Shown here piece after piece: positions 24,777 to 39,000 of a DNA stretch of 64,000 bases. The position numbers were made by a program, and so were the translations under genes. A model generated the notes under the pieces. The model was not told the origin of the DNA. It worked only from the letters and a program-made list of their open reading frames with translations, and did no database searches. Position 1 is the first letter of the stretch. Each line of letters begins with the position of its first letter. The stretch spans positions 7,703,097 through 7,767,096 of the forward strand of contig CM082598.2 in the NCBI GenBank assembly GCA_040954595.2. Direction: 5' to 3'. This DNA comes from Balanoglossus misakiensis (lineage: Eukaryota; Animalia; Hemichordata).

Positions 24777-25396
24777 TAACTTGACAGGAAAATCGGACTT
24801 CATATTGATCCATTTGCAACAAATACCACACTAGCATCCCTTTCATTGACCCCACAATTACGCATGCACATAATTGAGTTACGCAGGTGTCACAGGTGAC
24901 CCCCGAATCGGGCGTATTATTTTGGTCCCATACAGCTGCATGAAGCTGCATGCCATTACGGGCGACCTGATAACCCCCACGGCCACCTGTGGGCCAACCC
25001 CCATACTGAACGTTCAGTTGCAACGTCACGACTGAAGTAGGAACTGTTGAACGGCAAAGAAGCCTGATCTCTGATTATTGCTGGTACCATACTCCCTTCG
25101 TGCAAGAAAATCATTGGTCTGCTGACGTATTTCGGCCACATTAGCGACTGAGGGTCGAAGTCCGCTGCCGCATTACATTGAATGTTAACCAGTGTAGCCG
25201 GGTCTAGATAGAAACATTTGAACGGCAACAGCTAACAAACTCAGCGTAATTCAATAAAACGCCCTAACACAGCCTGAACTCCGATAATGTGTTATCCCAA
25301 AATTCATTCCGTGGAAAATAATCACTGGTCTGTTTACGTATTTCAGCCGATTTTCCAAGGACTACTGCAACCCGCCAGAAGTGAGTAGCCTGCTAA

Positions 25397-25925
25397 TGTT
25401 ACGATCTGTATAAAGGTCAAATACGATTTCAAGGGTTAATTAATCCAGAGCTCGGAAATGTCAATGTTTGATAGTATTTTATTTTATGTATTTGAAGTAC
25501 ATAGGGAGAGCGGGTGTTTAACTGACTGCTCTGATTGTCAATCATCACCGAACTGACTTTGTTATATAACACTTTATGTAAATTGGTACGTATAGAGTTG
25601 ACTGATGTCCAATGAAATTGTAACACATTGTATTTGTGATATTTTACATTATTAACCACGCCTTGAGAAAAGTAATTATAAGAGAACTTTGTTTCCAAAG
25701 TTAGGGAGAATAATCTAACGGGAGATGGGAGTACCTCAGGCTACTGAGTTCGTTCCCTTCCTCATGTACTTTACTGGGCGTATTTGATGTACTATATAAT
25801 TCCGGACAATAAATGAACGTGAATCAGATACGTGTCTCCGTGGATCACTGTTCTCGTCAGAGCCCGATACCTCATCGCTACAGATTCCCCAATGCATGAA
25901 CAATCATGAGAAACCAGCCGTAATA
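25397..25925 (+). repeat. 5' LTR
   Basis: TGTTACG..CGTAATA; TATA-like TATATAA ~25793 and AATAAA ~25808. Confidence 0.95.
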
Positions 25926-26002
25926 CATGGTGGAGAAACGAGGGTAGACGAAACAAATCCATCGGAGACAGAAACGGTGACGTCCAGCGGAAAGCTTACA
26001 GC

Positions 26003-29000
26003 ATGGATCGCGAGATGCTAAACGACATGAACAGTCAAATATCGGAAATACGACAGGTTACACTCGGAGCTGGAGGTCAGGTAGGCCCAGGTTTCTTTTC
26101 GGCTACAGAGACTGAGAATGCACACCGATGGTGGAAAAAATATATAGACTTTGCTGACTTTAAGCAATGGTCAGACGATAAACGGCTTAAAGGAATCGGA
26201 CTATATTTGACTGGTGAAGCGGAGCGATGGTTCTACAGACTGTCTGCTGAAAAGAAAAATGACTTGACGACACTGCAAAATGTCTTCCTCGCTCGTTTTG
26301 ATAAGTGAGGTCCGATGTGGCTGTATGACGAGAAACTGTTTCGCCTGAAGCAACTGCCGGACCAGACTGTTGAACAATATGCGGAATTAATATGCGAAAA
26401 AGCAGAAAAAGCGAAAAAGACTGATGAGGAAATACTATCTTTCTTCATGAACGGACTGAGACCGGACATACTAAAGTTCGTAGCGGGAATGACACCTAAG
26501 GACTTCGAAACAGCGTACAAACATGCTCAAACAGCAGAGGTCGTGGCAGGATTACCAGAGACAGACGAGCCAGAAGCGGGTCTTTTACAACAAATCTCGA
26601 CACGGATTGACGAGATGAAACAAGAATATCAAGAAGTGAAGACCAAATCAAGCGCGGCAGATCATCGAGGACGATCGACAAACAGAGAGAAGAAATCGCC
26701 GAATTACAGAGCAAGAGAACGAACAATAGACAATAAGGTAAAGAGGAACAGATATAATTTTACTGGGCACTCTACCCAACGTTTTCCTCGACATAGTCAA
26801 TTTAATTCCCGTGCATGTTTTAATTGTGGGCGTTACGATCATATAGCTAGAAATTGTTCAAAATATGCGTTCTCTGGAAATGTTTCGAAGCCTAGTCGGA
26901 AATTTTATTTTGATGGATCGTCCGACAGGAGGTCATGTACAGGTATAAATGCACTCGGGAAAGAGGGTGCCTATAATGTTAAAGATGGTGTAAACTTTGT
27001 TAACAAAGATGGGTGTGCTTTTCATGAGAATGTTATTCCAATTTCAATATGTCATGAAAAAGTGACGTCATTAATTGATACTGGAGCACATATTACTGTA
27101 GCTCCTATTCGGTTGTTAGAGCTTATTCCCGCTCTAAAGAATTATCCGATGTTCAAGTCCAGACATAATTGTGTACAAACAGCAACCGAAGACAATTTGA
27201 AGGTATTGGGATTTATGAAAATACCTGCTTTTATTGGGAGTAAGCGTGTATTACTGTATGTTAATTTAGTTGAGTCTCTTCAGCATAATCTGATTTTGGG
27301 ACTTGATTTTATGAAGCGTTATAGAGCTGTTATTGATTTCAAGGGTAATATTTTAAGATTACAATCAGACGTACCGTTAAGAACCAATGTTGATGTTAAC
27401 ATTCCACCTGGAAGTGAAATGGTTATTCCAATGAAAGTACCGTATAAATATCTTACTGGAGTTTTAGGTTGTATTTGTGATAAACGAACACGTTTAACCC
27501 CGGGTATTTTGGTAGCTAAGGGGTTGGCCTATTTGAATAAGAATTTTCTTCCCATGCGAGTTGTAAACACTTTGGATACTGTGGTCAAAATTAAGAAAAA
27601 CAGTGTTGTTGGAATGTTTTCGCCCTTGCCCCGTAATAGTGAAATAGTCCCACTCGATAATACTGTCGTTAATTGTGTCTCACCTCAAGGGCCCCGTACA
27701 CAGAAAGAGACGGATGATTTGATGGGTCAATTGAAATTTAATGAATTAGAGATAACTAAGGCACAGCGTAAACAGCTTAGAGATGTTTTACTGCACAATA
27801 TGGAAGCTTTTGTTGATTCTAGTGGTCGTTTAGGCAACTGTGATGTAATCAAACATACAATACGATTACAAGAGGGTGCTGCCCCGTTCCGTCGCCCACC
27901 TTACCGAGTAACGCCTGAGAAAAGGCGTGAACTTGAGCGACAAGTTGATCAGCTGTTAGAACAAAATATTATCGAGCCGTCCACTTCACCGTTTGCTAGT
28001 CCAGTAGTTTTAGTCAAAAAGCCTGATGGTTCGTGGCGTTTTTGCACAGATTTCCGTCATTTGAATAATATTACAGTGCCTGATTCGTTTCCTTTACCCA
28101 GAACTGACGAATCTCTTGAAATGTTAGGCAAGAATAAGCCTCAGTATTTTTCGACGCTTGATTTACAGTCAGGATTTTTTCAATTGGAATTAGATGAAGA
28201 GAGCAGACCAAAGACAGCTTTTGTCCCACATCAAGGGTTATATCAATACAGGAGACTTGCCCAGGGGTTGCGAAATAGTCCCAGTTGTTTTCAGCGTACT
28301 ATGCAACACGTGTTACGCAATATTATGTGGCAATATGTGCTATGTTATATTGATGATATTATTATATTTAGCAGCTCTTTTGAGGAGCATCTACAACACA
28401 TTGATACTGTCCTAACCAGGTTACGTCAAGCTGGATTGAAATTAAAGCCCAGCAAATGTCAATTTATGAGAAAGAGTGTTAATTTTTTGGGTCATATTAT
28501 CAGTAAGGATGGAATTGCGGTTGACGAGAGTAAAGTAACAGCTGTTAAAGAATATCCCCGTCCTCATACTGTCACACAGCTGAAATCATTTTTGGGGTTG
28601 GCCAATTATTATAGAAAGTTTATAAAACATTTCTCGATCATTGCAAGGCCTCTGCATAAATTGTTGGGAAAGGACACGAAATTTGAATGGGATGATCGAT
28701 GCGAACATGCATTCGAGAAATTAAAACATGTCCTGTGTATTCTAGGGTATCCGGATATGAATGAAAATTTCACAATTTATACCGATAGTTCCACTCATGC
28801 CCTGGGGTTTGTTTTAGCTCAACGACAGAATGGTGTTGAACGAGTGATTTTATATGGGGGTCGAAGTTTAAACTGTCACAAAAGAAATTACTCAATTACA
28901 GAATTGGAAGCTTTGGCCGTCATTCATGCTATCCGACAATGTGATCACTATGTACGGAGCAACCATGTCACTAGAGTGACTGATCACTCCAATCTGACTT

Positions 29001-31153
29001 ACATGTTTAAACAGAAAATACCAAGGGGGCGTATTGGCCGTTGGATAATGACCATGCAGCAGTACGATTACGAAATTATCTATAGACCTGGTAAGAAACA
29101 TATGAATGCTGACGGGTTGTCAAGGAGACCATATCAACAATGTGAGGGGTACAAGTCTGACGTCACTGATTTAGAGCATGCGCCTGAAATGAATTACAAG
29201 CCTAACAGTCAGCCAATGGTAGATAAGTGTGTAAACACTGAGCCCATAAACTCACCTTGTATAAATAATATACATACAAGGCAACAAACCGAACCTGGGG
29301 TTCATAATTCTGCTAATAGTGAGGACACATCTGGGTATGGGATTTTACTTAACAGTTCTAACGACACTTCTAACACTGACACCAACACTGAAGTGGATAA
29401 AACATTCGACAGTGAGGTGCAATCACGAATAAAGGGAGAACAGAGAAAGGATGATTATTTGAGTAAATTTCTTAATTATTTAGAGAATGATGAGTTACCA
29501 ACTGATCAAAAGTTAGCTCGTAAATTTGTTAGTATGGCTCCAAATTATGACATTGTTGACGGGGTTTTGTATCATTTTTGGAAACCCACGGGGAAATCAG
29601 CTAGTAAATTAGATTGTGTTAGACAGGTTGTGATACCTAAGTCATTAAGAAATTATGTTCTGCGGTGGGCTCATGATTGTGTTTTAGCGGGACATTTGGG
29701 ATACACTAAAACGTTGGGAGTTTTAAGACAGAGGTATTTTTGGGAAAGGATGCCCCGGGATGTTAATATGTACGTAAAGACATGCGCACATTGTCACACA
29801 CGAAAGAGAGCCACACCCCCTACTCATGCTAAGTTGTTACCTATTCCAGTATCAGGACCCTGGGACCGACTGGGTATGGATATTGTGGGACCCCTCCCTA
29901 GAACGTATGATGGTCATAAATACATCTTAGTACTTACTGATTACTTTACTAAATTTCCACTAGCATATCCATTACGTAATGCACGAGCTGAGACAGTCGC
30001 TAAGATCTTGTTTGATGAAGTAATTGCTACTTATGGCAGCCCCAGAGTTTTGCTGAGTGATCAGGGATCGAATTTTTTATCCCAAGTAGTTCGTGAAACT
30101 TGCAAATTTTTCAACATCCAGAGGAAAGTTTCTACCCCTTATCGTCCACAGACTAATGGCCTTACAGAGCGTTTCAATGGTTGCCTAGTCGACATGCTGT
30201 CCATGTTTGTCGATAGTAAACAGAAAGATTGGGATCGGTACCTAAGTTCAGTGCTTTTCGCTTATAGAGTTAGCCCTCAAGAGTCCAGTGGGTTCAGCCC
30301 GTATTATCTGTTATACGGTCTGCATCCCACATTGCCCATGGATGTTGAGTTTTAGCCAGTTGAGGGGAGGACGAGAAATATAGATACACACCTTAAACAT
30401 TTAGCTGCTAAAAGGGAGATAGCTCATAAAATCGCCAAAGAGAATATAGATCGATATCAACAGAATATGAAGGACCGTTATGATCAAAATATCCAACGGT
30501 CACAAAATCTTAAAGTGGGGGATCCTGTATATTTATACACACCATCTGTTAAACCAGGAGTTAATAAGAAATTCATACATAAGTGGACAGGTCCTTACAT
30601 TATTTCTGAGAAGGTGGGTCCTGTTAATTATAAGTTGCGCTTCATAAATAGCACCAGGAATTATCGTAAAGTCATACATGTGAATAGATTAAAAAGAGCT
30701 TATTTGCGGCCCTCTGAGTTTGACTCATCCTCATCTGATGAGTCGTGTGAAGAAAACGATGTCCCAGAAACCACAAATTATGAAAATGGGACCGAAATAT
30801 GTCAAAGTGCAGAAGCAGAAACATATGCAGAATCAGAAAATGGTTCTGATCAAATTGAGGGATTGGGATTGAGAGATTTGTCGTCAAGGACAAATCCCAG
30901 TGCTTTCGATGAAACTGACAACAATGGAAATTGTCAGACTAATGCTTCTGAGCCATTTTACGATATAGACAATGTGTTAAAGGGTCGATATAGAAATGGG
31001 AAATTACAGTATTTGGTTAAGTGGAAGAATTATTCAAACAAACATAATACGTGGGAGGATGAAGACAATTTGAATGAAGCTGCGAAAGAGTATTTGATAA
31101 GAAATCTTGTAAAGATACAAGGGAAACAGGTTATAGCACATTTGCACATTTAA
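26003..31153 (+). pseudogene. gag-pol in a single frame with two in-frame stops (26306 TGA, 30353 TAG): gag, knuckle, protease, RT, RNase H, integrase, GPY/F, chromodomain
   Basis: CFNCGRYDHIARNC; LIDTGA; YIDDII; YTDSS..ELEALA..TDH; HD..GHLG..CAHC; MDIVG..SDQG..TERFN; KWTGPY; FYDIDNVL..QYLVKWKNYSNKHNTWEDEDNL. Confidence 0.94.
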
Positions 31154-32166
31154 ATCTATGGACAGAGAAATATATGCGTAACAGAAAAAAAACGGAAAAG
31201 GGAGACACGTGGTTGATTGAAATGAATATTTGAATATGACTGAGAGGTATGAGTGTTGGCCGGCCTGTATGAGTGAGTGTACGATTGGCGTGTCCCTTGA
31301 TTCGTTTAATGTTACGTAAGTTGTCGAATGACATTTTATTATCCGTTGTTTGCTGAGTTTAGGTGTAAGAGCTGTGCAACCTGGTTCCCGTGTCACTCTG
31401 TTTAAATGTGTTGATGTATTTAAGTTGTAAAGAAATTACCAGTGAAGTTTGAAGTTGCAGAGATTTTAACACTGGAGAAAAACGTGAGTTGAATTTGCCG
31501 TTCGTTTGATGACCTAAATAAATGGTCCAATTTGTGTATATAGCCCCTTTTAATGGCTATGTGTTTGTATAAAGAAACCAAAGAAAATCCGATTTTCGAA
31601 TGAAGAAAATGCCATTTTCGAAGTTGTAAAGAGTGGATTTTTGACAAAACGCTAAGATGTTTCAGTTTTAATTTTTTAAGGTTATTGAATTTGCCCGACA
31701 TGACGTAACTCGAGAATAAGCAATGTCGGATGATCGTTCGATGTAAAAGAATGCAAGAGAGTTTCGTTTGAGTCAATAAGACAACAGATATTCAGATTGT
31801 GTTGAATGATGGATACAACGTTTTATGGGTTTACAGAGTTGCGATTTTATTGGTTATATTAGTATGTGGATCGGTGTGCGAAGGTTTTATGTGCACATAC
31901 TATTTTAAAATTATATGTACTTTTATTCTGTAGTAATTTTTGTATTGTAATTTTATAATTTTTCAAGACGATCACTTCATAGACATGACTCGATTTTTTC
32001 AAATATTTTACTTCAATTTTGTTATATATATTGTACTCTTACATTTCAAAATCATACGATACAACTTAATATATTCTTGGGGTGGAATTGAACAATTACC
32101 CTTGGGGTACTGCTCTTTAAGAGATTTGTGTCCAATGCGGGACGCATTGGTTTAAAAGGAGGGGAG

Positions 32167-32695
32167 TGTTACGATCTGTATAAAGGTCAAATACGATTTC
32201 AAGGGTTAATTAATCCAGAGCTCGGAAATGTCAATGTTTGATAGTATTTTATTTTATGTATTTGAAGTACATAGGGAGAGCGGGTGTTTAACTGACTGCT
32301 CTGATTGTCAATCATCACCGAACTGACTTTGTTATATAACACTTTATGTAAATTGGTACGTATAGAGTTGACTGATGTCCAATGAAATTGTAACACATTG
32401 TATTTGTGATATTTTACATTATTAACCACGCCTTGAGAAAAGTAATTATAAGAGAACTTTGTTTCCAAAGTTAGGGAGAATAATCTAACGGGAGATGGGA
32501 GTACCTCAGGCTACTGAGTTCGTTCCCTTCCTCATGTACTTTACTGGGCGTATTTGATGTACTATATAATTCCGGACAATAAATGAACGTGAATCAGATA
32601 CGTGTCTCCGTGGATCACTGTTCTCGTCAGAGCCCGATACCTCATCGCTACAGATTCCCCAATGCATGAACAATCATGAGAAACCAGCCGTAATA
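32167..32695 (+). repeat. 3' LTR
   Basis: Direct repeat of 25397-25925 after PPT. Confidence 0.95.
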
Positions 32696-33085
32696 CTAAT
32701 GAGATCTCCACAACATTACGTAATGACGGTCAAAGTCCGATGCCCCAGTGTCCGTCCTCAGCCCACCAAACATGCGAAAAATATTACAAAAATCTTCTTC
32801 TCAAAATCGACGTGGCCTAGGACTTTGAAATTTGGCACAGGGGATTTTGGCCACATGGTCTACAAAAATCGCGAAAAGAATGTACATTCCCCCATTAACG
32901 TGCAAATTAGGTCAATTTGAAAATTTCGCTCGATTATAGCCACCAAGTCACGTGACTAATTACAAATTCAAAGGGCAGGTGCACCAGTACTCATGGGCCC
33001 CAATCATCGTGCCAAACTTCATAGGCGCAGGTGCCGGAATTTCAGAGAAAAACGGGAGCAAAAAAACGACTCAAGAAGAAAGAAG

Positions 33086-36000
33086 AATATAGCTGCAAGC
33101 AGCGATGACGGGCACAAGCTTAAGCCAAAGGTCAAAGGTCATATGTGGTCACCCAAAAATTGGGCAAAAAGTTTTGACCCCCATACTAGTCCAGGTCCAA
33201 CAGAAACCAGACTTCTAGCCCTATTGGTTTGTCTGAAATTAGATATGCGCATAATTAATGATGTAAAGTTTAAGACTCTATCAATAGTTCAATCCATCCA
33301 AACACAAATGCTGTACCTGTTCTGGATGCCGAGATATAGGAAAGTAGGTCAAAGGTCACCTGAGGCCATCCGAAAGTTTAGCAAAAAATTTTGACCCCAT
33401 ACCAGTCCAGGTCCAACAAAAATCAGGCCTCTAACCCTATCGGTTCGCCTAGAATTAGATATGCACATAATTAACGGGGTAAAGTATAAGGCTTCATTAG
33501 GAGTTCCACGCCTCCAAATGCCAAGGCTGTAGCTGCTGTGCATGCCGAGATATGATAAAGTAGGTCAAAGGTCACCTGAGGTCACCCAAAATTTGGGCAA
33601 GAAATTTTGACCCCATACTGGTCCATGTTCAGCAAAAATTAAACCTCTAGCCCTTTTGGTTAGCCTGGAATTAGGTATGCACATAATTAATGAGATAAGC
33701 AGGTGTCACAGGTGACCCCCAATTTTGGCTTTTAAATTTTAGTCCCAACCCTCCAAACGCCAAGTCTGTACCTGCTCTGGAAGCGGAGATATAGGAAAGA
33801 AGGTCAAAGGTCACCTGAGGTCACCCAAAATTTGGGCAAGAAATTTTGACCCTATACTGGTCCATGTTCAACAAAAACCAAACCTATAACCCTTTTGGTT
33901 GGCCTGGAATTAGGTATGCACATAATTAATGAGATAAGCAGGTGTCACAGGTGACCCCCAATTTTGGCTTTTAAATTTTAGTCCCAACCCTCCAAACGCC
34001 AAGTCTGTACCTTCTCTGGATGCCGAGATATATGAAAGTAGGTCAAAGGTCACCTGAGGTCACCCAAAATTTGGGCAAATTTTTTTTTACCCTATACTGG
34101 TCCATGTCCCACAAGCACAAAACCTCTAGCCCTATTAGTTAGCCCAGAATTAGGTATGCACATAATAAATGAGTTAAGCAGGTGTTACAGGTGAGCCCAA
34201 AATTTTGCCTTTTATTTTGGTCCCATTTTGCTCACGGGCCTATAGAGAGTCACAGTACAGGACCATTGCACAGATGTGGACATAGCATCATAGGTTAACT
34301 ATAGAAAGTATAGGCCTATGGCTGGGTCCAAAAAATATGAAATATAATATTTACAAATCTTCTCAAAATTGACTTGGCCCAGAGCCTTGAAATTTGGCAT
34401 GTAGGACACTGACCATATGGTCCGCAAAATGATTTCACAGAATGTTGATATCGTAATTCATATGCAAATTAGGCCCATTTGAAAACTTTGCCCATATATG
34501 GTCATCAGGTCATGTGACTAATTACACATTCACGAGGGTACTGCACGAGCTCTCATAGACCTGCACCATTGTGCCAAGTTTGAGATTCGTAGCTTCAGCC
34601 GTTTCCAAGATCCTAGTTGGCAAAAAAACTGCACAAGAAAAAGAATTAGAAGAAATATAGCTGCAAGCAGCGATGACGGGCACAAGCTTAAGCCGAAGGT
34701 CAAAGGTCATATGTGGTCACCCAAAATTTGGGCAACAAGTTTTGACCCCCATACTAGTCCAGGTCCAACAGAAACCTGACCTCTAGCCCTATTCGTTTGT
34801 CTGAAATTAGATATGCACATAATTAATGATGTAAAGTGTAAGACTCCATTAATAGTTCGATCCATCCAAACACAAATGCTGTACCTGTTCTGGATGCCAA
34901 GATATAGCAAAGTAGGTCAAAGGTCACCTGAGGTCACCCAAAATTTGGGCAAAATTTTTAACCCCATACTGATCCATGTCCCACAAGAACAAAACCTCTA
35001 GCCCTATTGGTTAGCCTGGAATTAGGTATGCACATAATTAATGAGATATGCAGGTGTCACTGGTGACCCCAAATTTTGGCTTTTCAATTTTAGTCCCAAC
35101 CCTCCAAACGCCAAGTCTTTGCCTGCTCTGGTTGCCAAGATATGGTAAATTAGGTCAAAGGTCACCTGAGGTCATGCAAAATTTGGGCAAGAAATTTTGA
35201 CCCTATACTGGTCCATGTTCAACAAAAATCAAACCTCTAACCCTATTGGTTAGCCTGGAATTAGGTATGCACATAATTAATGAGATTAGCAGGTGTCACA
35301 GGTGACCCCCAATTTTGGCTTTTCAATTCTAGTCCCAACCCTCCAAACGCCAAGTCTGTACCTGCTATTGATGCGGAGATATAGGACAGTAGGTCAAAGG
35401 TCACCTGAGGTCACCCAAAATTTGGGCAAATTGTTTTAACCTCATACTGGTCCATGTCCCACAAGAACAAAACCTCTAGCCCTATTGGTTAGCCTGGAAT
35501 TAGGTATGCACATAATTAATGAGATAAGCAGGTGTCACAGGTGACCCCCCAATTTTGGCTTTTCAATTTTAGTCCCAACCCTCCAAACGCCAAGTCTTTG
35601 CCTGCTCTGGTTGCCAAGATATGGTAAATTAGGTCAAAGGTCACCTGAGGTCATGCGAAATTTGGGCAAGAAATTTTGACCCTATACTGGTCCATGTTCA
35701 ACAAAAATCAAACCTCTAACCCTATTGGTTAGCCTGGAATTAGGTATGCACATAATTAATGAGATAAGCAGGTGTCACAGGTGACCCCCAATTTTGGCTT
35801 TTCAATTTTAGTCCCAACCCTCCAAACGCCAAGTCTTTGCCTGCTCTGGTTGCCAAGATATGGTAAATTAGGTCAAAGGTCACCTGAGGTCATGCGAAAT
35901 TTGGGCAAGAAATTTTGACCCTATACTGGTCCATGTTCAACAAAAATCAAACCTCTAACCCTATTGGTTAGCCTGGAATTAGGTATGCACATAATTAATA

Positions 36001-39000
36001 AGATAAGCAGGTGTCACAGGTGACCCCAGATTTTGGCTTTTCAATTTTAGTCCCAACCCTCCAAACGCCAAGTCTGTAACTGCTCTGGATGCGGAGATAT
36101 AGGAAAGTAGGTAAAAGGTCACCTGAGGTCACCCAGAATTTGGGCAATTTTTTTTAACCCCATACTGGTCCATGACCAAAGAGAACGAAACCTCTAGCCC
36201 TATTAGTTAGCCCAGAATTAGGTATGCACATAATTAATGAGTTTAGCAGGTGTTACAGGTGAGCCCGAAATTTTGCCTTTTAATGTGGTCCCATTCTGCT
36301 CACGGGCCAGTAGGCAGTCACTGTACAGGACCATTGCACAGACGTGTACATGGCGTCATAGCTTAACTATAGAAAGTATAGGCCCATGGCTGGGTCCAAA
36401 AATATGAAAAATTACTAATATTTACAAGTCTTCTTCTCAAAATAGACTTTGCCCACGGCCTTGATATTTTGCATGTAGGACACTGATCACATGGTCCACA
36501 AAAGTTGCTAAAAGAATTTCGATATCTCCATTCATATGCAAATTAGGCCCATTTGAAAACTTTGCCCATATATGGTCATCAGGTCACATGACTAATTAAA
36601 CATTCACAGGGATACTGCACCAGCTCTCATAGGCCTGCACCATTGTGCCAAGTTTGAGATTTGTAGGTTCAGCCGTTTTCAAGATCTACCTGAACAAAAA
36701 AACTACACAAGAAAAAAAAAAAAAAAATATAGCTGCAAGCAGCAATAGCGGGCCCAAGCCAACATAGCACATAGCAACATAGCAATAAGCATATCTGCTC
36801 ATGATGCCCAGATATGGTAAAGTAGGTCAAAGGTCAACTGAGGTCATGTTATATTTGGGCAAGAAATTTTTACCCTATACTGGTCCATGTTCAACAAAAA
36901 CAAAACCTATAGCGCTATTGGTTAGCCTGGAATTAGGTATGCACATAATTAATGAGTTAGGCAGGTGTTACAGGTGACCCCAAATTTTGCCTTTTCAATT
37001 TTAGTCCCAACCCTCCAAACGCCAAGTCTGTACCTGCTCTGGATGCCAAGATCTGGTTAAGTAGGTCAAAGGTCACCTGAGGTCATACAAAATTTGGGCA
37101 AGAAATTTTGACCCTATACTGGTCCATGTTCACCAAAAATCAAACCTATAGCCCCATTGGTTAGCCTGGAATTAGGTATGCACATAATTAATGAGATTGC
37201 AGGTGTCACAGGTGACCCCCATTTTGGCTTTTCAACTTTAGTCCCGACCCTCCAAGCGCCAAGTCTGTACCTGCTCTGGATGCCGAGATATAGGAAAGTA
37301 GGTCAAAGGTCACCTGAGGTCACCCAAAATTTGGGCAAGAAATTTTGACCCTATACTGGGCCATGTCCCACAAGAACGAAACCTCTAGCCCTCTTAGTTA
37401 GCCCAGAATTAGGTATGCACATAATTAATTAGTTAGGCAGGTGTTACAGGTGAGCCTAAAATTGTGCCTTTTATTTTGGTCCAATTGTGCTCACTGACCA
37501 ATAGACAGTCACTGTACAGGACTATTGCACAGACCAGAATTCCACAATAAGAAATGGACATAGCTTAACCATAGAGGTATAAGTAAAGGTATAAATTTAA
37601 TAAAAAAATTAATATAAAAAAATCGGTCGATTTTTCATAGTATTTTTTTTTTGCTTAAAATTATTGACAAATGCTAGACTAGCTGCACACCAAAGTTGGA
37701 GATGATCGGCCTAACAGATTTTGAGATATGTATGCATATTTATCCAAAATAATATGTGGTCATAACTTTACTATGTAAAGTATAGGCCCATGGCTTGGGC
37801 GAAAAATATGGAAAATAATACTTAAAAATCTTCTTCTCAAAATTGACATGGCTTATGGCCTTGACATTTGGCATGTAGAACCCTGGCCATATGGTCCACA
37901 AAGCATCTGAACAGAATTTTGATATCTCCATTCATATGCAAATTAGGTCAAATTGAAAATTTTGCCCATATATGGTCATCAGGTCACATGACTAATTACA
38001 CATTCACAAGGGTACTGCACCAGCTCTCATAGGCCTGCACCATTGTGCCAAATGTGAGATTTGTAGGGTCAGCCGTTTTCAAGATCTAGCTGGACAAAAA
38101 AACGACACAAGAAGAAGAAGAAGAAGTAGAAGAATATAGCTGCAAGCAGCAATAGCGGGCCCAAGCCAACATAGCACATAGCAACATAGCAATAAGCATA
38201 TCTGCTCTGGATACCAAGATATGGTAAAGTAGGTCAAAGGTCACCTGAGGTCATGTTATATTTGGGCAAGAAATTTTGACCCTATACTGGTCCATGTTCA
38301 ACAAAAACCAAACCTATAGCCCTATTGGCTAGCCTGGAATTAGGTATGCACATAATTAATGAGATATACAGGTGTCACAGGTGACCCCCATTTTGGCTTT
38401 TCAATTTTAGTCCCAACCCTCCAAACGCCAAGTCTGTACCTGCTCTGGATGCCGAGATATAGGAAAGTAGGTCAAAGGTCACCTGAGGTCACCCAAAATT
38501 TGGGCAAGAAATTTTGACCCTATACTGGTCCATGTCCCACAAGAACGAAACCTCTAGCCCTCTTAGTTAGCCCAGAATTAGGTATGCACATAATGAATGA
38601 GTTAAGCAGGTGTTACAGGTGAGCCTAAAATTTTGCCTTTTATTTTGGTGCCATTGTGCTCACTGACAAATAGATAGTCACTGTACAGGACTATTGCACA
38701 GACCAGAATTCCACAATAAGACATGGACATAGCTTAACCATAGAGGTATAAGTAAAGGTATAAATTTAATAAAAAAATTAATATAAAAAAATCGGTCGAT
38801 TTTTCATATTATTTTTTTTCGCTCAAAATTATTGACAAATGCTAGGCTAGCTGCACACCAAAGTTGGAGATGATTGGCCTAACAGATTTTAAGATATGTA
38901 TGCATATTTATCCAAAATAATATGTGGTCATAGCTTAACTATGTAAAGTATAGGCACATGGCTTGCGCGAAAAATATGAAAAATAATACTTAAAAATCTT

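Larger units (their letters stand above)
25397..32695 (+). mobile_element. Full-length Ty3/Gypsy LTR retrotransposon with C-terminal chromodomain
   Basis: 529-bp LTRs 25397-25925 and 32167-32695 (no difference seen); 4-bp TSD CTAA; PBS TGGTGGAGA at 25928; PPT AAAAGGAGGGGAG 32154-32166; empty site at ~50983. Confidence 0.97.

Noticed and set aside
31154-32153. env-like third ORF in the Gypsy 3' region
   Set aside because: About 1 kb, AT-rich, with no long plus-strand ORF or recognisable motif.
25429-32468. Identical 89-aa minus-strand ORFs at 25429 and 32199
   Set aside because: They lie in the two LTRs; identity reflects LTR duplication and there is no recognisable domain.
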